A DNA stretch of 42,666 nt. Origin: Bdellovibrionales bacterium. Its GTDB lineage: Bacteria > Bdellovibrionota > Bdellovibrionia > Bdellovibrionales > JAGQZY01. Positions 36,989 through 42,666 of the stretch are shown here, piece after piece. The notes under the pieces are model-generated. The model was not told the origin of the DNA, searched no databases, and worked only from the letters and a program-made list of their open reading frames with translations. Position numbers and translations under genes: made by a program. The stretch's first letter is position 1, and each line of letters opens with the position of its first letter. The stretch lies in contig JANPLN010000020.1 in the NCBI GenBank assembly GCA_031426555.1, positions 1 to 42,666 on the forward strand. The letters run 5' to 3'.

Positions 36989-38384
36989 ATTAAAATCTGA
37001 TCTACCAGCAAAACAAATCACCATCATCGGTGCTGGTCTTGTGGGCTCGTTGCTCGCGATTAATTGCGCCAAGCGCGGCTTCAAGGTGCAAGTTTTCGAA
37101 CGACGATCCGACCCACGAGCCAAGCGCGCGGGTGTGGGTGAGGGGCGTTCCATCAACCTGGCCATTTCCAAACGCGGACTGCACGCGCTATCGTGTTTGG
37201 GCATCGAGAAACCCGTGGAGACCGAAGCCATTCCCATGCCGGGCCGAATGATGCATTCACCGACCGGTGAGCTCACGTATCAACCCTACGGGCAAACACC
37301 TCAGGATTGTATCAACTCCATTTCGCGCGGTTGGTTGAATTGTTATCTTTTGGATGTGGCGCAAAAAACGCCTGGTGTGGAAATTCATTTTAATCAAAAC
37401 ATCCAGGCTGTGGATTTGGAAAAAAAATCATTCACGCTTTTAGAAACCGCCACACAAAAAGAGCGAATCATCTTTTACGAAATTCTCCTCGGCACTGATG
37501 GCACAGCTTCGGCCGTGCGCAAGTCCATGCAAACGCAGCTTGGCTTTGCTTTTTCTGAAGACGAACTCACCCACGGATATAAAGAATTTGTAATGCCAGC
37601 GACAGCTGATGGAAAACACAAGATCGAAAAAAATGCTTTGCACATTTGGCCCCGCGGCTCACACATGATGATCGCGCTTCCCAACCAGGGCGGAAGCTAT
37701 ACTTGCACTTTGTTTTTTAAAGACATTTTAAAAACCGGCAACGACGTGCAAGAGTTTTTCAGCAAACACTACAAAGACTTTTGCGACCTTGTTCCCGATT
37801 ACCTAAAGCAGTACTTCGAACACCCAGTGGGAAAGATGGTCACCTTGAAGTGCGACCAGTGGACCTACAAAGACTCTGTGCTACTGATGGGAGACTCCTC
37901 GCACGCCATCGTTCCATTTTTTGGACAGGGAATGAACTGTGGGTTTGAGGACGTGGTGGTGTTTGATGAACTTTTGGCATCTAAAACAACTTGGGGCGAA
38001 GTTTTCACAGAATTCTTTGCTCGGCGAAAAACCAATGCTGACGCCATTGCCGACATGGCAGTTGAAAACTTAACCGAGATGTCTACCAAGACTGCAGACC
38101 CGCATTTTCTTTACCAGAAAAAGATTGAAAAGCGTCTGCAAGATGAACTTCCGGCAGATTATCAATCGCGCTACACTTTGGTGAGCTTTAGCCTCACGCC
38201 CTACCGAATGGCCTACGAAGCGGGTGTGATCCAAGCGCAAATTCTCGACGACATCACTCGCCAACATTATCCAAACACAGATTTTCCATTGGACCCCTGG
38301 AAGCAAATCATTCGCGAACAACTGGGCCCAACAATGACAAAAATTAGCAACCATCTTGCCAAGGAGCACACCCCATGGACTTAG
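36978..38384 (+). CDS. kmo: Kynurenine 3-monooxygenase
   Basis: GAGLVG, GRSINLAIS.RG, ALHIWPR, GDSSHAIVPFFGQGMNCGFED. Confidence 0.93.
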   Translation: MPTKLKSDLPAKQITIIGAGLVGSLLAINCAKRGFKVQVFERRSDPRAKRAGVGEGRSINLAISKRGLHALSCLGIEKPVETEAIPMPGRMMHSPTGELTYQPYGQTPQDCINSISRGWLNCYLLDVAQKTPGVEIHFNQNIQAVDLEKKSFTLLETATQKERIIFYEILLGTDGTASAVRKSMQTQLGFAFSEDELTHGYKEFVMPATADGKHKIEKNALHIWPRGSHMMIALPNQGGSYTCTLFFKDILKTGNDVQEFFSKHYKDFCDLVPDYLKQYFEHPVGKMVTLKCDQWTYKDSVLLMGDSSHAIVPFFGQGMNCGFEDVVVFDELLASKTTWGEVFTEFFARRKTNADAIADMAVENLTEMSTKTADPHFLYQKKIEKRLQDELPADYQSRYTLVSFSLTPYRMAYEAGVIQAQILDDITRQHYPNTDFPLDPWKQIIREQLGPTMTKISNHLAKEHTPWT

Positions 38385-39112
38385 GACTCAAAAATAAAAA
38401 AGCGTTAGTCTTTGGCGCTTCAGCGGGCCTTGGAAAAGGCATTGCAAAAGCCCTTTGCCAAGAAGGAGCCGACGTGGCCATTTGTGCCCGCGATGAAAAA
38501 AAACTAAAAATCACACAACATGAAATCGGCGCAAAGCTGAGCATCGTGGGCGACATGTCGAAAACCGGTTCGGCAAGTTTTGTGGTGAAAAGCGTTTTGC
38601 AAGAGTGGAAAAACCTCGACATCGTGGTCATAAATACTGGCGGCCCCCCAAAGGGGACCATCGAGCAGGTGAGCCATGACCAGTGGCACGATGGCTTTCA
38701 GTCGCTGTGGATTTCGGCGGTAGATGTGATCACAGATGTCCTTCCCTCCATGAAAGAGCAAAAATGGGGTCGCATATTGCTAGTCACTTCGGCGGCGGCC
38801 AAGGAGCCCATTGCAAGTCTTACGATTTCCAATGGACTGCGGGCGGGCCTTTTGGGACTGGCGCGCTCCATCAGCCACGAGGTAGCTCCTTATGGCATTA
38901 CCATCAACTCTTTGCTTCCTGGGCACACAGACACCGAGCGATTGACGGCATTGGGGATTGATAAAAACGCCATCATCGGGCATATTCCTGCAGGACGTTT
39001 AGGAACAACTCGTGAATTTGGCGCCTTGGCCGCATTTTTGGCCTCAGACCTCGCCGGCTTTGTTACCGGCCAAGCCATCACCGCCGACGGCGGCGCCCAA
39101 CGAGGCATCTAA
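38375..39112 (+). CDS. SDR-family oxidoreductase (atypical active site)
   Basis: GASAGLG, NTGGP, SNGLR in place of YxxxK, IPAGRLG. Confidence 0.88.
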   Translation: MDLGLKNKKALVFGASAGLGKGIAKALCQEGADVAICARDEKKLKITQHEIGAKLSIVGDMSKTGSASFVVKSVLQEWKNLDIVVINTGGPPKGTIEQVSHDQWHDGFQSLWISAVDVITDVLPSMKEQKWGRILLVTSAAAKEPIASLTISNGLRAGLLGLARSISHEVAPYGITINSLLPGHTDTERLTALGIDKNAIIGHIPAGRLGTTREFGALAAFLASDLAGFVTGQAITADGGAQRGI

Positions 39113-39117
39113 AAGGT

Positions 39118-39144
39118 AAAAGGTACCAAGTACCTTTTCCGGCG
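39118..39144. repeat. Single REP-like palindrome of the same family as 8659 and 9371
   Basis: AAAAGGTAC-CAA-GTACCTTTT-CCGGCG; identical to the copy 2 left arm over AGGTACCAAGTACCTTTTCCGGCG. Confidence 0.85.
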
Positions 39145-39172
39145 TTGTGGTTGATTTAAGAAAGGACTTTTT

Positions 39173-40189
39173 GTGGTTTATTTATTTTCATTACTTGTTG
39201 GGCTTTGCGGAGCGGAGACGGTTCAATCACAAGATCTCTATAAACTTTTTGCCGAAGAATTAAAAAGTCCCCAGGGTGTGCAAGTTGAAATCCACGGGGC
39301 CGACCATAAAAATGGACTTTATGCCATCTCTTATCGTCCGAAAAACTTCTTCGATTTTATTATCATTTCTCTCCAAGCCGATTACACGTCGCCCACCTTT
39401 GCAGATGTAAAGGCCAAACTCGATACTCTTCGACGCCATGATTTCGTTCAAATTAAAGGCGATGAAAATAGTTTTGTGGTCAGTTATCAAAACCACATCA
39501 TGGTGAAGGAGCTCACTATTGTTAGCAAGTTCAGCTCGAGCTACGACAAACTTGTGGATGAGTACATACACACCACGAAAGTGTCAGATTTCGTGCAGGG
39601 AAAAACAAGCCTGGTCGTGAAAGTTCACGCATCTTTGGTGGATGGCAAAGTGTTGATGGTGGAAGCCGGCGATGCAAATATTCCAGTGGTTGTTAAAAAT
39701 AATGCTCTCACGCGGGATTTGTACCGCGGCGATAAAGTGGAAATAAAATTCGCTGTGCAACAGTACCCAGGCTCGCCAGTTCACCTTTTGCTGGATGGCA
39801 CTTTGGATGCAGTCAAGATGTTGGACTCTGTGGCGAAGGTTCACGGACAACCGCAGGACCGCTGTGGAGAGCTGGTGATGTTTCCACAAAGCCCACAGGT
39901 GCTGTTTAACGTTTTTGCGTTAAAGTCAGACATTGGCGATGGTCTGTTTCGCACGTTCACCTTAATTAACTTTGAAGATCCAAAAATATTTCAAGAGCTT
40001 CGCGATAAGATGCAAAAAGTTTGGGATGCGAACACCGCAACTATGGTGGCGGGGCGCAACTATTTTATCAACTCACGCATTAAAATCTGCGCCAAAGGTA
40101 AAGGAAACATGCAGGTGGCCACACAAGCCAACCCGCAAATTCTTATCGAGACTGTAACTGATCTGACTTTGGAAGTTTTAGCTCTCTAA
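39173..40189 (+). CDS. Secreted hypothetical protein
   Basis: 338-aa ORF with a short hydrophobic N-terminus, beta-rich; no family recognised. Confidence 0.7.
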   Translation: MVYLFSLLVGLCGAETVQSQDLYKLFAEELKSPQGVQVEIHGADHKNGLYAISYRPKNFFDFIIISLQADYTSPTFADVKAKLDTLRRHDFVQIKGDENSFVVSYQNHIMVKELTIVSKFSSSYDKLVDEYIHTTKVSDFVQGKTSLVVKVHASLVDGKVLMVEAGDANIPVVVKNNALTRDLYRGDKVEIKFAVQQYPGSPVHLLLDGTLDAVKMLDSVAKVHGQPQDRCGELVMFPQSPQVLFNVFALKSDIGDGLFRTFTLINFEDPKIFQELRDKMQKVWDANTATMVAGRNYFINSRIKICAKGKGNMQVATQANPQILIETVTDLTLEVLAL

Positions 40190-40636
40190 CTGCAAAAGCT
40201 TTTCTTTAATGGAGAGACCGCCGGCATACCCTGTGAGTTTGCCGTTTTTACCAATCACACGGTGACATGGAATAATAATGGGGATCGGGTTTCTTCCGTT
40301 GGCCCCACCAATGGCTCGCACAGCTGATTTTTTGCCCGTCTTGATGGCCTGGTCTTGGTAGGAAATTGTTTTTCCAAAAGGGATGGATAATAAAGCGTTC
40401 CACGCCTTCTTTTGAAAAGGAGTTCCTTCAGGAGCTAATGGGACATCAAAGGTCGCTCTTTTTTTTGCAAAGTATTGTTCAAGCTGTTTGGCGATCTTTT
40501 TTGAAAGCACTGTGCTCTTTTTCTCAAGCTTGCTAGCGGCCGATTTTCTAAATTCAATGGCCTTTAAATTTTTTGCGTCGCAAATGATATATAAAGCGCC
40601 CAAAGGGCTTTGCATTGTATCGTAATAATATTCCAT
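40178..40636 (-). CDS. ogt: Methylated-DNA--protein-cysteine methyltransferase
   Basis: GTPFQKKAW, IPFGKTISY, RAIGGANGRNPIPIIIPCHRVIG. Start set to ATG 40636. Confidence 0.95.
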   Translation of the reverse strand: MEYYYDTMQSPLGALYIICDAKNLKAIEFRKSAASKLEKKSTVLSKKIAKQLEQYFAKKRATFDVPLAPEGTPFQKKAWNALLSIPFGKTISYQDQAIKTGKKSAVRAIGGANGRNPIPIIIPCHRVIGKNGKLTGYAGGLSIKEKLLQLES

Positions 40637-40699
40637 AAAACCCCGCAGAGACTGTATTTGTTTGCTCGTAGCTAACCCCGAAGATATACTGAAAGCTCT

Positions 40700-41410
40700 A
40701 TGAAGATGCAATCCCGGAAAGATCTCGTTTATCTTGTTTTGACCGCGTTTTTTATTTCCAATGCGATTTTAGCGGAGTTGATTGGCGGCAAGCTAATCTC
40801 TATTCCGGTCATGATTCCTTGGCTCGGTATGCCAGCAGCCTCTATCGGCGTTATACCCTGGCCCATCGTGCTGGTGGCCACTGATATCATGAATGAGTAT
40901 TTTGGACGCGAGGGCGTCAAACGCATCACTCTGATCACGGTGGCAATGATTTCCTATTGTTTTGTGATTTTGTATCTTGCCATGCAGGTGCCGGCGGCGG
41001 CGTTTTCGCCAGTGAATGACGAGACTTTTAAAATCGTTTTTGGCCAATCCCTGTGGATTATTTTTGGCAGCATCATTGCGTTTGCCATTTCGCAGCTGAT
41101 TGACGTCACGGTGTTTTGGCTAGTGCGCGAAAAAACCAAAGGCAAAATGCTGTGGCTGCGCACAACGGGCTCAACGGTTGTTTCGCAATTGATCGACAGT
41201 GTATTGATTATCGGCATTGCCTTTTGGCTGCCAGGAAAAGTGCAAACCAGCGACTTTATAAACGTGGCAATGACGAACTACTCCTACAAACTCGTTATTG
41301 CCATCGCTATGACGCCGGTCATTTATCTGATTCACAACCTGATCGATCGCTACCTTGGAAAAGAAGCCGATCAAATGATTGCGACTTCGGCCAAGGAGTC
41401 TTTGAATTAA
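40700..41410 (+). CDS. yhhQ: Queuosine precursor transporter (YhhQ/VUT family)
   Basis: TDIMNEYFG, SQLIDV, WLRTTGSTVVSQLIDS, YSYK; multi-TM. Confidence 0.85.
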   Translation: MKMQSRKDLVYLVLTAFFISNAILAELIGGKLISIPVMIPWLGMPAASIGVIPWPIVLVATDIMNEYFGREGVKRITLITVAMISYCFVILYLAMQVPAAAFSPVNDETFKIVFGQSLWIIFGSIIAFAISQLIDVTVFWLVREKTKGKMLWLRTTGSTVVSQLIDSVLIIGIAFWLPGKVQTSDFINVAMTNYSYKLVIAIAMTPVIYLIHNLIDRYLGKEADQMIATSAKESLN

Positions 41411-41966
41411 GGCATTCCTAAGGCCGTATTTAACGCCAAAAGTTTTAACAAGCACCATCAGTTTTCAAATAATCTGGTGGCAGCTTTTGTTATTTGTGTC
41501 CTTGGGAGACGCAGTAACTGGCTGTCTCATAACGACTGCGTATCTTATTTTTCATCTTGTAGTCACCGCCAAAAACCGATGGAAAAAAGAACTGACTTTT
41601 ATTGTAATTTTTGGAGTTGCAGGTTGGTTGCTCGATGGCCTTTTGGTGGTGATGGATTTACAGACTTTTCAAGCCTCCAGTTTTGCCCCTGTTTGGCTTC
41701 TTTTTCTTTGGCTCAACTACTTGACTTCGATTCACTACAGCATGCCGCAGGTTTTTAAGAACGTGCCTCTGACTCTTTTTATAGGATTTATATTTGGTCC
41801 GTGGACCTATTTGAGCTGTGTAAAACTCAATCTGGTTCAGTTTTCATCGATTCTATGGATGTGTCTGTTGCAGGGAGTTGTCTGGATGCTGTGGATGATG
41901 CTGTATCGCCATGTCGTAATTTCTAAGCTATTCTGGGACGGTCCAGCGGCTCACCAGATCAACTAA
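41406..41966 (+). CDS. DUF2878-like membrane protein; start uncertain (ATT 41406 or TTG 41487)
   Basis: FQIIW in frame upstream of the TTG; GWLLD, PVWLLFLW, HYSM, GPWTY pattern. Confidence 0.65.
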   Translation: MKAFLRPYLTPKVLTSTISFQIIWWQLLLFVSLGDAVTGCLITTAYLIFHLVVTAKNRWKKELTFIVIFGVAGWLLDGLLVVMDLQTFQASSFAPVWLLFLWLNYLTSIHYSMPQVFKNVPLTLFIGFIFGPWTYLSCVKLNLVQFSSILWMCLLQGVVWMLWMMLYRHVVISKLFWDGPAAHQIN

Positions 41967-42011
41967 GCCAGATCAACTAACCAAAGGCGCTTCTCCATTT
42001 TTGCGAGCGGC

Positions 42012-42666
42012 CTAACTCAACCGCAGTCCCTTTAAGATTTTTTTACTGGGAAGCGCATAATCTACAACCTTAATAATTTTTGGCAATCGTTGTCTTTGCA
42101 GATGCATGGACATTGTTCCCGTTAGATAAATTCGATCTGGATTAAAAGTGAGCGTCAGTTGCTGAATGGCAAGTTTTAGATTTTTGATCCAAGTCTGTTT
42201 TCCAGAGCGTAAAAAGGCTTTGTAACTCAATAATTCTTCGTAGGTTTTACCCTTAAACAACGGATGCAGCCCCACTTCGGTATTCGGAAGCAATAGACCA
42301 TCGGTGTAAAGAGAACTTCCAAAGCCGGTACCCAGGGCAATGACCAATTCGGTGCCTTGGCCTTTAATGAGCAAATGACCATGCAGATCGGTATCGTTGA
42401 TCACGTGGGCATTCAATTTTCGTTTTTCAAGTCTTTGCAAAAGATTGACGTTCTTCCACGCGGTTTGATCGAGATTAGGAGCCGAGCAGATTTTACCGTT
42501 TTTAACCACACCCGGAAAACCGAGGATCAGGGGTTCATTTTTTTTCACCCCTTCCGAGGCGAACACTTTTTCTAAGAGGTAAAAAAACAGACGTGGCGTA
42601 GGGGGGCTGACAAAACGTAAAGATTTGTTTGTTTCGACCTTATGAAATTTAATCCAGGTTGCCCCG
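42012..42666 (-). CDS. ROK-family / polyphosphate glucokinase-like kinase (5' end outside window)
   Basis: Frame stays open to the window edge (GATWIK..., a DxGxTxIK-like motif); GFPGVV, NDTD, LGTGFGS, PNTEVG. Confidence 0.8.
   Translation of the reverse strand, partial: GATWIKFHKVETNKSLRFVSPPTPRLFFYLLEKVFASEGVKKNEPLILGFPGVVKNGKICSAPNLDQTAWKNVNLLQRLEKRKLNAHVINDTDLHGHLLIKGQGTELVIALGTGFGSSLYTDGLLLPNTEVGLHPLFKGKTYEELLSYKAFLRSGKQTWIKNLKLAIQQLTLTFNPDRIYLTGTMSMHLQRQRLPKIIKVVDYALPSKKILKGLRLS

Noticed and set aside
972..40636. DNA-repair island (mutY, recX, recA, phrB, ogt)
   Set aside because: The genes are scattered among unrelated housekeeping genes with no shared motif seen; consistent with ordinary chromosome.
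40637..40699. preQ1 riboswitch upstream of yhhQ
   Set aside because: The 63-bp divergent intergenic region lacks the preQ1-I stem and A-rich tail, and the -10 lies 9 nt from the ATG.

Overview
This is a bacterial chromosomal window. Gene content and (F/Y)xNC-type lipoprotein signals suggest a Bdellovibrionota-like organism (inference). Core genes: mutY, speB with a TolC-MacA-MacB-type exporter, OsmC-like, a PAP2 acid phosphatase, pilT-like-recX-alaS divergent from pgpA-cinA-recA, aspartokinase, a GbsR/MarR regulator with photolyase, a UbiB/ABC1 kinase, ogt, a YhhQ-type transporter and a ROK kinase. A near-complete kynurenine/3-hydroxyanthranilate tryptophan-degradation cluster is also present. 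Five observations stand out. (1) A lone Y1/HUH (IS200/RAYT-like) nuclease gene without TnpB is preceded by a structured non-coding region and a five-copy ~40-bp tandem array. (2) A dispersed REP/REPIN-like palindrome family (GGTACCAAGTACCTTTTCCG) occurs; two inverted copies bracket the phosphatase gene and one supplies the stop codons of two convergent genes. (3) A DarB/StlD-type ketosynthase is fused to a heme-oxygenase-like diiron domain, followed by an unknown His/Glu-rich protein and a membrane desaturase. (4) Two genes (ACMSD and a DUF2878-like gene) have conserved N-termini reachable only from an ATT codon behind a good Shine-Dalgarno. (5) An apparently secreted protein carries three integrase-repeat-like units. 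No rRNA, tRNA or CRISPR array was recognised. All family assignments come from motif recognition by eye, not from database searches.
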